This document shows, piece by piece, positions 49,951 through 62,480 of a DNA stretch of 64,000 nucleotides. Origin of the DNA: Hemiscyllium ocellatum. Taxonomy: Eukaryota. The translations under genes were made by a program, and so were the position numbers. Where the stretch lies: contig NW_026867633.1 in the NCBI RefSeq assembly GCF_020745735.1, positions 682,001 through 746,000 on the forward strand. The letters are read 5' to 3'. How positions within the stretch are numbered: position 1 is the stretch's first letter; every line of letters begins with the position of its first letter. The notes beneath the pieces were generated by a model, which saw only the letters and a list, made by a program, of their open reading frames with translations, was not told the DNA's origin and made no database searches.

Positions 49951-51812
49951 CCTTGAAACATTCTCAATACGAAATTCCCCAAGGTACCAAATGCAATATT
50001 GTTCAGTTTTCAGTGTGAAACCTCCGGATGCAAGGACGTGGATTGATGGGAGACAGCGCTGAATGGGTTGACGTGAACCGTGCAGTGTAAGAGGAATGTC
50101 AACAATGAAGGTAGATTAGATAGTTGGAACAATTCACCTTGTGGAACAAAAAGCTGAAAGCTCATCTGATTTATGCTTTCCAAGCCATGAGGGGTCTAGC
50201 CAAAGTAAATAAGGGCGTGAAAATGCTTCCACAAACCTGAAAAATTGAGAACCATTAATGAGGCATTTAAAGTGATTAGCAAATTAAATAAAAGTGACAT
50301 GCGGAGAAACATTTTCAGACAAGGAATTATTTGATTCTGCAAATCAATGTACGACAGGGACAACAAGGTATATCCAATGGACACAAAAATAATGCAATGA
50401 TTATGTTCAAAATGACAACGTGCAGACTTTACAGAGGAGGCTATGGAATCTTCCGAAAATATAAGTTCATTCAGGCATTATTTACTGCCCGCAGCTCTAA
50501 GATGGGCTGCTCAGACTGCATTTGCTCTGTGACACATTTTGCGATTCTGAGTGATCTCGGAGATGGATCAATGGAATGTGGTACGTTTGACAAGGGGCAT
50601 ATTCTACCCAATAGAACATTCTACAACAGCAATGAATATGTTTTGACATCATTCTGAAAGGTACACACCACATGTCAGATGAAGAACTGAATATTTCTCT
50701 GAATCACTGAATTATTTTGTTACAGCAATTTCGGTCTGGTGAGCTGAATGGCATTGTGAGTTCACGGTCCGTGTAACGCCGCAGTTGATAGATCGAAGTT
50801 GTTTTCTCCTGTATGATAAGTCGACGGGTGCTCCAGTTTGCTGTGCGTTGGTATACAGCTCAAATAAACTTTGCATACTGATCACCCGGCCACGATTACA
50901 CAGCTGTGGTGACACACATGTGAAGTTCTAAATGATCTTATCCTGTCCTCTGTTGGTCTGCTGTGATCTGAATCCTACAAACTCTCTTCTCTGAGATATA
51001 AATAAGGTTGAAGGTTGGAACACATCAGTTGTGTTGTGTTCAATGCTCAAGCCTACTTGCAGGCATTTCCCACGCTCCTTCACGAAGCAGCGTCCTCGCA
51101 GTTAATTATGGTTGGCAAATAACTCATTGAAACAAATAACTATCCACCATTGGACTTGACCAACACTGTTTCTAATGTCAGTCTCACCGTTAACTTGCCG
51201 ACCAGCTTTGTCCAGTCAGAGGAAAGGACTTTCTGTCACTCTACTGTAACAGGAGGAGTTGGAATCTTCTGATAGTTTGAAAAATAAAGTTGGGTGTCCT
51301 TACTTTAAGTTGGAAAATATCAGTACAAAGATATTAACACAGCGCTGTGACCAACTGAATGAAGTGTGGCCCAGCAGGAGGCGACGATGTGTTTGAGCTC
51401 CATGATGAGCAGATTGTGTTTTACTCTCACACTGGGGGAGCTGATTATTGACCTAAACAATATGCATAACACATACCTGATGCACAACTCCAAAATAAAT
51501 CTGACACCAAAGCATTACATGTGTTCGAAAATAGCCGTAAAGAAAATGTTGAACAATATATATCTGCAACGGACAAACTCTGTTGGGATGTAAAACTCAG
51601 GGAGTTGAACATTCCTGAAGCACTGTGAGACTCATGTGACATGAAAATTCCTCCTTGTGTTCTCGATTTTGACACGCCGCCATTAGACCGTAAGCCACAT
51701 TTGTGGCTTCGTTGCTGAGCTGGATTAAGGAATGTGATCATAGTTTGGAAGAAGATTTGTAGCTCGGGTGCTCGTTGTTGTGGTTCTGTTCGCCGAACTG
51801 GGAATCTGTGTT

Positions 51813-51852
51813 GCTGACGTTTCATAACCTGTCTAGGTGACATCCTCAGTGC
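51813..51852 (-). ncRNA. Minimal type I hammerhead ribozyme motif (left arm)
   Basis: GCA CUGAGGA U GUCACCU AGAC AGGUUAU GAAAC GUC AGC. The core CUGANGA, GAAA and GUC are intact, with one mismatch in stem I and one in stem II. Confidence 0.65.
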
Positions 51853-52084
51853 TTCGGAGCTTCCTGTGAAGCGCTTCTGTGATGTTTCCTCCAGCATTTA
51901 TAGTGAATTGTATCTGCCGCTTCTGATTGTCAGTTCCAGCTTTCCGTTGCATTAGCCGGTATATTGGACCCAAATGTACCAGTCACTGCAGCATACAGCT
52001 CGAACTGACAAGCGAAGCAGCTGAGAAAAATCACTATAAATGCTGGAGGAAACATCACCGAAGCGCATCACAGGAGGCTTCCAA

Positions 52085-52124
52085 GCACTGAGGATGTCAA
52101 CTAGACAGGGGATGAAACGTTTGC
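52085..52124 (+). ncRNA. Minimal type I hammerhead ribozyme motif (right arm)
   Basis: GCA CUGAGGA U GUCAACU AGAC AGGGGAU GAAAC GUU UGC. The core is intact, stem I GCA/UGC is intact, the triplet is GUU and stem II is weakened. Confidence 0.65.
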
Positions 52125-54309
52125 AACGCAAATTCCCAGCTCGGCGAACAGACCCACAACAGGATGTGATCATGCTCCAATAATTGGACGTAACTGCGAG
52201 CAACAGAAGTCAATGTTAGATGCCTGTTCTGCGAGGGGTTAAAATAACACTGTCGGGTTTCTGGTCCCATTGTTCGGGTATTGTCCACTAAATTAACTAA
52301 GCCAGAAACAATGTTTCTCGAAATAGTTCAAGAAAAAGCATTATGGCTATCTGTAATAAAGCAAATAAAAGAGCGGAACAATTAATTAATCCAAAGCCAC
52401 ACCTGGAAGAGTTTGTGAATATAATGTACATCCGTCGATATTAAATAGCATTCCATTGAAAGGCTCAGCACCATACAAAACATGACTACTTCATATGCAT
52501 GTTCCAAGTGCCCGCATTATGATTGTGTCACAATAGCTGCAGGACATCACCGTATACGCCCTAGCACATAACCGTGCAGCTGGTAACATGTTTATTAAAA
52601 TAACCTCTTTGAGAGGCAGGCAGCCGTAAATCGAAAGCATTGGGAAGGTCAAACATTATCAGTTTACGTGAGGATATACGTCCACATTTTTCAGCCTCGA
52701 GGCAAACTTTACTTTTTTCTACTTTATACGAAATGCCCATCAATTCAAAATTCATCAGGAAGCATTTCTTCCAGAAGTTGGCTAGTTATTTCTCTACACT
52801 CTTGAAGTTTAAACATAGTGAGAAACAATGTCGACAACACGAGTGCACATTGGCCATTAAAACAAGAACCTGAAGTGCTCAACTTTTTCTTATCGTAGTA
52901 GTGGTGCTCGAAACCTGTTTGCAGCAGGGAAAGATTCCATTCGGTTCGACCACTTCGTGTTTCTGAAGACAGACTAACGTTACACCACAACTGACACTGA
53001 GGAAATGTCAGACAGGCTGCATATTGACTTTGTACCCACACAAATAGCTGGTTCCTGGTGACATGGATGGTTTTGTAATGGCTGATTTGAGACAGTTTAC
53101 ATTTCTCCACAATTAAAGTCGCAGCTTGTATTTTGGAACAGCAACACCGAGTGAGCGAATTGTTACTTCAGTAGCTGAAGTCTGAAGCTTCAAACTCGCT
53201 GATGCACAAGTGTCAGGGAATTTTCAGGCGTTTACACTTTTGACGCTATGGTGCATAGCGTCAACATGTTTGGCAGTCAAGCAAAATATTTGTGAGGTGA
53301 AAACGGCGTAATCAATGAAGGAGGGCAAGACGATTTAGCAAAAATTTGCGGAAGCACATCTAAACACAGCGTTTGTCAGTTATTTGGAACTCTCTTGCAC
53401 AAGTGGCAGAGGATACAGGACCATTTGTGTACGTTAACCATATACAGACCTTTTGAAAAGCAAACGTTCAAAGGGTTACAGGACAAAGATAGGCAAATGG
53501 AGCAATGTCTCAGGTTGGCCTTGATTTGTTTGAATGTTGGATCAGGCTGGAGGGTCTTCATGTCCTACTCCAATTCCTCTACACCCGTAATCTTTACTAT
53601 TTTCATCTGACGCCTTTCTGCTCTTTCAATATGGAAATTCTCTGCAATACAACATTTTCCAATAGTTGATCGTTCTGGGAGCGTCTGATACTAATATTCG
53701 CCCCAAAAACGTAAAATAATTCACCCACAGGATTCCCACATTTGTTGTTCTTAGTTTCAAACAACCAGATAATGATTCACTTTCCTGAGCTGCGTATTAG
53801 ACAACACAGAGAAAAACGAAACGAAGAATTAATGTTCAAGTCTCCAAATCTCCAATTATTCCATCAGTGAAAAGGAATAAAGCATCTGCAGTTGGGTTCA
53901 CTGGAAACCCTGAGGATGTGAAAGCTTGCAACCCGGGCCAAACCAGCCAACACACTAAACAGATGTTTAGTTAATTAGAGAGAGATGATGCCCAAATCCC
54001 AAAAGTTATAATCTGCATTTCGAAGCGGGTTATCTGTAAAAATCATTCATCAACTTGCTAAATGCTCTCAACTGTTACATCATTTATGTTATATAAAGAC
54101 AGGCCGTTGCAAATCTGACGTAAACACATATGCGCATTAGAGCATGGTCCCTTTTCTGGTGCTTTTCTGTCAAGTTTATCATTCTGTGTTGTTGATAATA
54201 AAGCGAATCTTCTTTAAAATGAAGGCACAACAAAGACAAGCAACTCACATTCAGGAAGAGATGCTTATGGAACCGGCTGTCAATGCTGAGGAAGAAACAA
54301 AATTTAAAT

Positions 54310-55012
54310 CAAATCTCAATGATTTTACTTATTTTTGAAAAATGCAGTTGGCAGAGCTTCTTCAAAGATTTAGAGAAGGAAAGCCGGTAATACGATTACA
54401 GAAAACAGCATTCACAAAAGCAGAGGTGAAATTCTTGGGACATTACACTGATCATGGAAGATTAACACTGAGGATTGCTACGACGAAGTCACTCCAGGAA
54501 TTTCCAAGACCAACCTCGAAGAAAGAGATCCTTCGATTTCTCAGACTGAGCGGTTTTTACTGTAGGTCTATTCACCATTCACAGATTTGCTGAACAACAT
54601 AAAATTTCGATGGTCAGAACAGTGCCAAGTGGCCTTTGACGCTTTAAAACAATATTAATCACTGCGACAGTTTTAGCTACATCAAACGTTTTGAAACTCT
54701 TCAATGTTACATCGATACTCGTGACATAGGAATTGGAGCTGTACTATTGCAGAGAGATGATGACTGATTTGAACTGCAAGTTGGTTACTTTTCAACGAAA
54801 CTCAATACCCAACATGGACATTTAAAAAAATAATAATTTGGTACCGGCATTACAACATTTTAATCGGTATGAGATGAACAATGTGTCAGAATCGGATCAC
54901 AATCTGCTTACATACTTGGAAAGATTTAATTGTAAGAAACTTAAACAATTCCGTTTGTATTATATGTTGCAGACTTTTAATTTAGAAATCTTACATGTTG
55001 TGGGTCGTAAGA
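54310..55012 (+). mobile_element. Ty3/Gypsy pol fragment (RT C-terminus and RNase H), frameshifted
   Basis: AEVKFLGHY...FPRPTSKKEILRFLRLSGFYCR; IDTRDIGIGAVLLQ; VGYFSTKLN; ALQHF...SDHNLLTYL...LQTFNLEILHVVGRK. Confidence 0.9.
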
Positions 55013-55859
55013 TTGTTTCTTTGTTTAACTTGTCTGCATCTACAGTGCTCAAAGTCCTCCAGAAACTTGGATGTTTCATTTTTTTTCTCTGATTTTTCGA
55101 AACTGCAATTGGTTCAAGCTAATTTTTCTCAGCCTCTTCACATGAGAAACACGCTGCATTCCCATGATCAGCTAACTGAACCTTTACTGGCATACCTCTA
55201 ATGCTAGATTAAATTTTCTCCTTGAAATCATATTGTTCTTAGTATTCTCGGTGTGGTCTGACTCATGATTTGCATGGTTTTAACAAAGCCTCCCCAGTTT
55301 TATTTTCTATTATCTTTGTAATAAATGGAAGAATTTGATTTGCCTTCTCTATTTACCTGCTGAAACTGTAAGTTTACTTGGACACATTGATGCATAAGTT
55401 CATCCAAAACTCTTTGTACATTTTGTCGAAAATCAAATGGTTTGAATGTAACAGCGACTTGGAAATATGCTGGAATGTATTGTACATGAATATGACAGTA
55501 CTCAATTACTGGATTCTTAAGAAACAATGGAAGGCACATGATTTTGTATAAGTTAAATATATTATAGAGTCGATTTCATTTTATTCGTGGTGTAATTTTA
55601 CATGACATAATGAACACGGTTGGTTTGACATTTCAGACGCCCGTTCGCAAATTTCAGTAAGGGTGAAAGAGTAATTATACAGAGATTAGGGCCCAGTGAA
55701 GATGAGCAAGGCCATTTACGTTTGGAATGACTGTTGATGTTTGAGATCGTAACCAGGATTTTAATATATATACTTACTCTTGAGAAAGACATAGAACCCC
55801 AGTGACCAAAGGAAATAAAAGTGTGGCATCATGAAAATCGTCAACGTTATGAGAACATG

Positions 55860-56830
55860 AGATATTGAAGGTCTTAAAATGCATAAATGTTGAGAAACCC
55901 TCAAGGCCTTATCTGGGGTATTCTAAGACCTTTTGGAAATTGATCGAAGAGATTGCATGGTTCCTCACAGAGCTATTTGCACTCTTGTCAGGCATGACGA
56001 GGAGCTAGAAGACTGTAGGGTGCTTTTTATTCACTTATGAGTTCTAATTAGTACCCAGGAAACTGCTCACGAGTGAGACTGACGTCTGGTGTGTGTGCGA
56101 TTTTGGAGGAGATTCTGAGGACAGGAACATCATGCATTTGGAAAGCAAATAACTGATGAGAGGTAGTCAGCATGGTTTGGTGTGGAAAAGTTGGTGTTAG
56201 ACAAACATAACTGATTTTTTTGTGGAGGTGGCCAAGAGATAGATGAAGGCAGAGTGATGCACGTTGTCTACATGAACTGTAGTAGTCCCTTGGACAGATT
56301 TCCAAATGGAAGACTGGCTGAAAAGTTTGGAACACACAGGATCAGGGAGAGCTTGTCAACTGTATACAAAATTGGTGTGAATGAAGCCTATTATGAACGG
56401 TATGTCGTGAGGTTGTGCATCAATCATATGAGCAATTTGGATGATACTACAGGAAACATGGTTCGTCTGTTTGTGGATGCTGCTGAAATTGCTGATATCA
56501 TGGAGAGTGATGTAAGTTATCTCGGAATACAATGTATCATTGACCAGCTATGTCAGCGAGCTAAGGAATAGCAGATAGAGTTGGATTAAGATCAATTTGA
56601 GGTGTTCCGATTATATAAGACAACCAAGGGCAAAACGTCAACATGTTAATGATACAGCCTTGGTTAGTAGGTCAAAAAGGGACAGTTAGAAATGCAAATA
56701 AATACTTCCTTGGAAGTGGTAGTAATAGTAGAAAAGGTGACGATGGAGGCATTTAGCAAATTGGTCTTAATGTTCAAACCATTAACAGTAGGAGTTGGAA
56801 CGTCACTCTGTAACTGTATAGGACATTGCT
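55860..56830 (+). mobile_element. Old CR1 RT fragments
   Basis: HVVYMNCSSPLDRFPNGRL...LFVDAAEIA...IDQLCQRAKE. Confidence 0.75.
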
Positions 56831-59589
56831 GATGATAGTTATGGACATGTTATAATGTAATTCCCGATTCACAGCAATAAGGCTAATTCTGACCTGTCTG
56901 CAAGGCAATTGACAATGGTCAAAATACGATAATGCAACCAGAGTAACTTCCATCCCACGAAAGAATAAGCAAACGTACTTGTTTCCTTGTCTATGTTTAC
57001 AAACATTTACAACTGTAGCATTTCGTTACTGGCTTTGTAACATCGTTCAGGGTCTCACCACGCTCGGTAACACTCTCCCCACCTCCAGTACATTTACATC
57101 CCCCTGTTCCTGCCTTCTTATTAAACCCGAACACTGTTTCCTTTTCTGCCGGCACACCTCCTGCTTGGAGACTCCTGGTGATCCAGTTGACATCTTCAAT
57201 ATGTTGTTAGTTCTTCAACTTTTCCGAAAACGCTCACATTGTTCAGAACTGTGAGGTTCGTTTTGCTGATATTGATTGAATCTCATCTTTAACCTCCTCA
57301 GTGAGGGACAGGTAGGAAACTCGTGTTGAGATCTGTCTGTTTAAATAGAATGCCATCTTGTTAAACATTTCACACTATTCCTCCAAATGTTTTCCAGTGT
57401 TCTTTTGTGGCAAAACTTTTTTTTTATATATCAGCTTTCACATTTTACCTTACGCATTTCACTCGCAAAATAACATCATTGGCTTTGCTCCTGTTTCTGA
57501 TTGTTGCTTGTTTTGTGTGATCACGATAAAATTTCGTAATCCCTTCAATATCCGCTCTATCACAATTTCCCGGAAGATCTCTCAGTGTGACAAAACACGT
57601 TCATCTTCTTGATCACTCAACAGTCGTTACATTAGTTACATCCCTAGCCAGTTGCACAAGTTATTATTTGAAGAAACTCTAACATCAATATCCTTTGACC
57701 GCCTCTTCGAATATCACTCTTGCCAGTGTCATTGTCTCATATTATATGAAGATTCATGTCTTCTAAAATTACCACATAGTTTTTGCAGCAAATTCCAATT
57801 AATTTCTGTTTAATTCGGTGATAAGCAATGAATACTATTGGACAACCAAAGCATGCTCTTACTTATGTTGTGACATGTATGAAACAAAATTTGCATTAAT
57901 AATTGTTCAACGTCACAACCTAAGGTCAAGTGGTTTCGTTTTCGGAATGCCTTTGCTATCCATTACTGTCATTCTGCCTGAGTCCCCCAAGGTTGTATAC
58001 TGTTGAACATTTATGTTCCTCCTTTTGTTCACTTTGAAACTCATTCTCTCTAGTGACTAATTCTCATTTATCTCTGTGTGATAAATATATTTATCTTTAT
58101 GCAGACATTCTGTCTATTAAAAAAAGACATTATAATACACATTTTCTCATGTAACTAACTGATTCGCTGTTGAACAGTCTTAGTTAAAATCTGTTCGTTC
58201 CATTCTCCTTTCTGAATGTCTTAAGGCACCTTACCACGCTCCGGTGATTCATCTGTCTTCTTTGCATTTGGAAATCTCCTTTCTCCTGTACCTGTCCCTG
58301 GATCCTCTCTGTCAATGTAAAGCCCTGTCCTTCAAACTACGGATATGATTGGCCAAGACACTAGTAACAGCACGATTCCAGCTTTGTTTGTATTCACTCG
58401 TGGGATATAGGTGTCTCTGCCGGTCCAGCATACTTTTCGATCCCTATCTGAAGCTGAACTAAATGATTTTCCAGGTCATTTCAGAGGGCAGTTTAGATAT
58501 GGAAAAATTGCTGTGGGTATGGAGTCGCACTCAGTCGTCCAAAGACGGTGAGGTGGAATATTTTCTTTACAAAAGCAGATGATCCTCCCGGATGGGATTT
58601 ATGTTACATTAGCAGTTGTTCAATGTTCACGTGTAAATTTTCTTATATCTGAGCACTTATACCAGTGACTCCTGAGATAAAACGTCTTCTTCATATAAAA
58701 TTGAGCGAACCTGAATTTTTCCTGGAAACTGTTGGTATCACCCAGTATCTCTCCCATAATGTATCCCTCACAGCGTAGGCCTAATTGTCTGACAAAACCT
58801 CTCGCACTTCCAGTTACTTCAGATACATAGTAAACAGAAATCAACACTCCCGAAAAACGAGGCAGCTCAGGCCCTGGATGGAGACTGGATATTTCCAGAT
58901 CACGATGAGATTCAGGGCCATTGAACATGTCTTTTCTTCATTTCATCAGCCTCACGTTTGTCTCTGTCTTTTTCTATGTCTCCTGTAGATCCTCAGGAGT
59001 TCCTGACAGCCGACTTCCCATCTCCTGTCTCACCCATCACCTCATTGAAGATGGACGGTCAGTCAGTTATAAAAAGGAAAGGGAACTATGGAGCAATCAG
59101 TAAGTAGTGCATCAGTGGAAGATTAGTGACAGTGAGCAAAGCAGAGAGCAATTCGCGGGCTCAAAACAGCAACTCACAAGACATGACATAGATAACGTTC
59201 TGAAGGGAGAGTACAGTACTGAAAGATTTCAGACTCGATCACTCCCCACCTCTCACTGCCCCCCCCAAAAAAAAACCGAGGAAAAGGCTACGTAGAGCTC
59301 TGCTGTACTGCAGTATCCCACGAAAGATATGGGAGCGCACCGTTACCCATTCTTCCTGTGCTGACTTAATGAGGGATCAGGACTTGAAAGCAGGCTTTTC
59401 TCAAGAGGGTGAAATTGAAGATTCAATCTTCCTCTTCTGTGCTGTCTCTCCAATACGATCTATGCTTCGTAGATCAGTGCCTCCAATTATTCGAACGTCT
59501 ATAACTGTTCACTTCCATGCGGCTTCCTCTCCTACAGACAATGCCTTAATTTCTAGGAAACATATTCTAATCATGACCAACATTTCTGC

Positions 59590-60510
59590 CTCCCACAATG
59601 GATGAGAACAGATTGGCGCAACTGATTGTGTATCACCACCCACGAAGAGAACAGGCTGACCTCACTCTTTGTGTCTCATTTACTGTAGGCATAGTAGGCT
59701 TACCTTACTGTTTGCGTATCACTGACACAGTGGTGAGGAAACTGAACACACTGCGTGTGCATATCACCGACCCCATGAACAGCACACTCACCCCAATTTT
59801 TCTGCCTCCCTGACCCTGGGGGTATTAGCCGGACCCTACTGTTCATTTCTCACTGAAGTCGTTGTAGCTGACTGACCCTGGTGTCCCTGTATCACGGACA
59901 TCGGGAAGAATAAACTGACAGCACTGAAAGCCTTGAAAATGGGAAAATAGTCTGACCCCACTGTTTTTTGCAACATTAACACCATAAAGAGCAGACTGAA
60001 AAAACTGTAGGTGCACCAGCGATTTGGGTGAGAACAGTCTAACTCTACTCTATCTCCATAAAAATCCGGATAGAGCAGTGTGACCATCCATATTATTGTT
60101 GATAGACCCAGGGGAGAAAAGACAGACTGAACCAGGAGAAAACAGGCTGTCTTCACTGTGTGTGTATCACAGAACCTGGGGAATGCTGACTGACTAAACT
60201 GTGTCTCTATCACTGAACCCATCGAAAGCAGACTGACCGCACGAGCTCCGTTTTACTGGTATTGTATTCGCACACTGACCTGGCTGATTCTGTGTCATTT
60301 ACAAAGATTAGATGAGACCGACCCCACTGTGTCAATATCACTGTCTCTGCCAACAGCATAATGACACCACTATGTCTTTATCACAGATCCTGGGGAAGGA
60401 GACCGAAACCACTGACCATGTATCAAAAACACTGTGTTCAGAGCACTAAACCCACGATCACATATCTCATATGTCTATCACTGACTCCATGGGGAGCAGA
60501 CTATCAACAG
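59590..60510 (+). repeat. Degenerate 43-bp satellite, part 1 (consensus about AGACTGACCCCACTGTGTCTGTATCACTGACCCCGGGGAGAGC)
   Basis: Recurrent GACTGACCCCACTGTGT, ATCACTGAC and GGGGAGAGCAG motifs at about 43-nt spacing. Confidence 0.85.
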
Positions 60511-60519
60511 TTCTTGTGT

Positions 60520-62480
60520 GCTTTCTTTTTTTTTTGTCATGCTCCTGAGTATAGGAGTTGGGTAGTAATGTGGCTGTAATGAACATTGATTAGCTCGCTT
60601 TTCTGATATTGCGGGCAATTCCGGTTTCCTTCCTGTTGGAAGGATATTTTGAGCTTCAGATGATTCAGAAAGACTTGCAATGAAGTTGCCAATGTTTGAG
60701 GGTTTGACCTGTCGTGACAGGGTGTATATGCCGGGCTGTTTTCTTTGGACCATCCGAGGCTGAACATCGATCAATCCATATCAGAACAGGGCCTTCATCC
60801 CTCGCTGTTGCACCGACCTCTGATCTAATCCAAGCCCACCCCCTCCACTATCTCATCATCATCCATATTCTTATTCAAGGAATGTTAATATGCCACTAAT
60901 GTGGCTGAATTAACTACACTGGCAGATCGGCATCCCACGTCCATATCACATTCTGAGTAAAGATCCTGCCTCTGAGATCTTTCATAAAAATATCACTCAT
61001 CAATTTGCAGCCATGTGTCCTCATACAAGTCGATGACACCATTCCAGGAAAAAGACTCCTATGCGCACACTATCCCATCATCTGATTATCTTTTTTGACT
61101 TTTTAAAATCCCCTCTTATTCTCCTTCACTCTAATACAAACACAATTCTCTTGGCCTTTGCTCATAAAGCATTTGTTGCAGATGAGTCAACATCCTGGTA
61201 TATATTCTCCGCAACTTTTCAGAAACTTCCACGTCATTCTTCTAATGGAGCGACCAAAACTGTACAGAATAATCCAAGCAAGTGCGCACTAACCTTTTGC
61301 ACAGTTGCAGCATGACATCGCGGCTCTGGAACTCAATCCCTCTACGAATAAAAACTAACACACTGCGTGTTTTCTTGACAGCACGATAAACCGGGGTGAA
61401 AACATTCAATGACATGTGTCATTGGATACCAAGATCACTCTGCGCATCCACACTATGCAAGATTATTTCCACTGAACCAGTATCCTCCCTTCTTGTTACT
61501 GTTTCCAATGCTGATGACCTCACAACTATCTGCATTGAACTACACTTCTTGCCACCTTTCAGCACAATTCTGCAGTTTAACTAAGTCTCCCTGCAAACTA
61601 CAACATTCTTTAACAATGTCCACCGACTTTAGTGTCATCTCCAAACTTACTAACCCAACCACATGTACATGTGTCCAAGTCATGCATAAAAATGTCAAAA
61701 AGCAGTGGTCCCAAAACCGATCCTTGTGGCACACAACTAGAACCGGACTTCCTGCTGATTTTTTCTATCAAACACCACACGTTGTCTTCTCACTAAAACC
61801 CAGTTTCTATTTCGATCTGATAAATCTTCCTAAATACCGTGGCTCCGCATTTTGTCCAATAGCCTACAATGTGGAAACTTATCAAAATCTTTACTGAAGT
61901 CCACATGCACCATTCCAACTGCCCTACCCTTATTCACATGAGTGGTCAACTCTCCAAAAACTCAACGACTGTTTTGAGAAACGACCGGCACTTGACGAAT
62001 CCAAGTTGATTATTTCCTATCAAATTGCTGCTTTGTGATGATTATAAATCCTATCCCTTATAGTCCTTTCAAGACATTTCGTCCTACAGACGTAAGGCTC
62101 ACTGGGCTGATCTTAGTGGTGACCATATGATTGTTTCCTAATTCAGGAGGGGCATAGAGAAGATGAACAAGTTATTTTCCCTGCTGTAGGGGATACCAGA
62201 ATAGGAGAGGAAAGGTTTTGTGTAAGGAAAGATAAAAAAGAGACCGAAAGGGAATCTTTTCACAAGGATCGTGGCGCAACTATAGAATGAGCTGTCGCAG
62301 AAAGTAGTGGCCTAAAATACAATTAGAGCATTCAAAAGGCATCTGGAGTCATCCACCTAAAGATAGGGTAGAGAGAGATATGGCTTAATTGGTGACAAAT
62401 CGGACTGGCTTAGATTAGGATATCTGGTCAGCATTGGACTGAAGGGTCTGTTTCTGTGCTGTACTTCGCGATTAAGCTAT
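60520..62480. mobile_element. Nested CR1 pair inside the satellite: plus-strand 3' end (60520-60760 and 62105-62480) split by a minus-strand CR1 (60765-62105)
   Basis: Plus strand: EYRSWVVMWL and the CR1 tail at about 62470. Minus strand: ORF 61540-61734 (CCSLQGDLVKLQNCAERWQ) and RT motifs to about 62105. Confidence 0.85.

Larger units (their letters stand above)
51742..52161. mobile_element. Palindromic non-autonomous Penelope-like insertion (inverted pLTR pair) with TSD
   Basis: Arms at about 51776-51965 and 51972-52161 are diverged reverse complements. The element is flanked by the direct repeat ATGTGATCAT (51732-51741 and 52164-52173). Confidence 0.88.

Noticed and set aside
46188-49956. 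Many overlapping Pro/Ser/Gln-rich ORFs, or a CRISPR-like array
   Set aside because: Products of a degenerate 23-bp satellite. The period is not a multiple of 3, there are no unique spacers or cas genes, and the context is eukaryotic.
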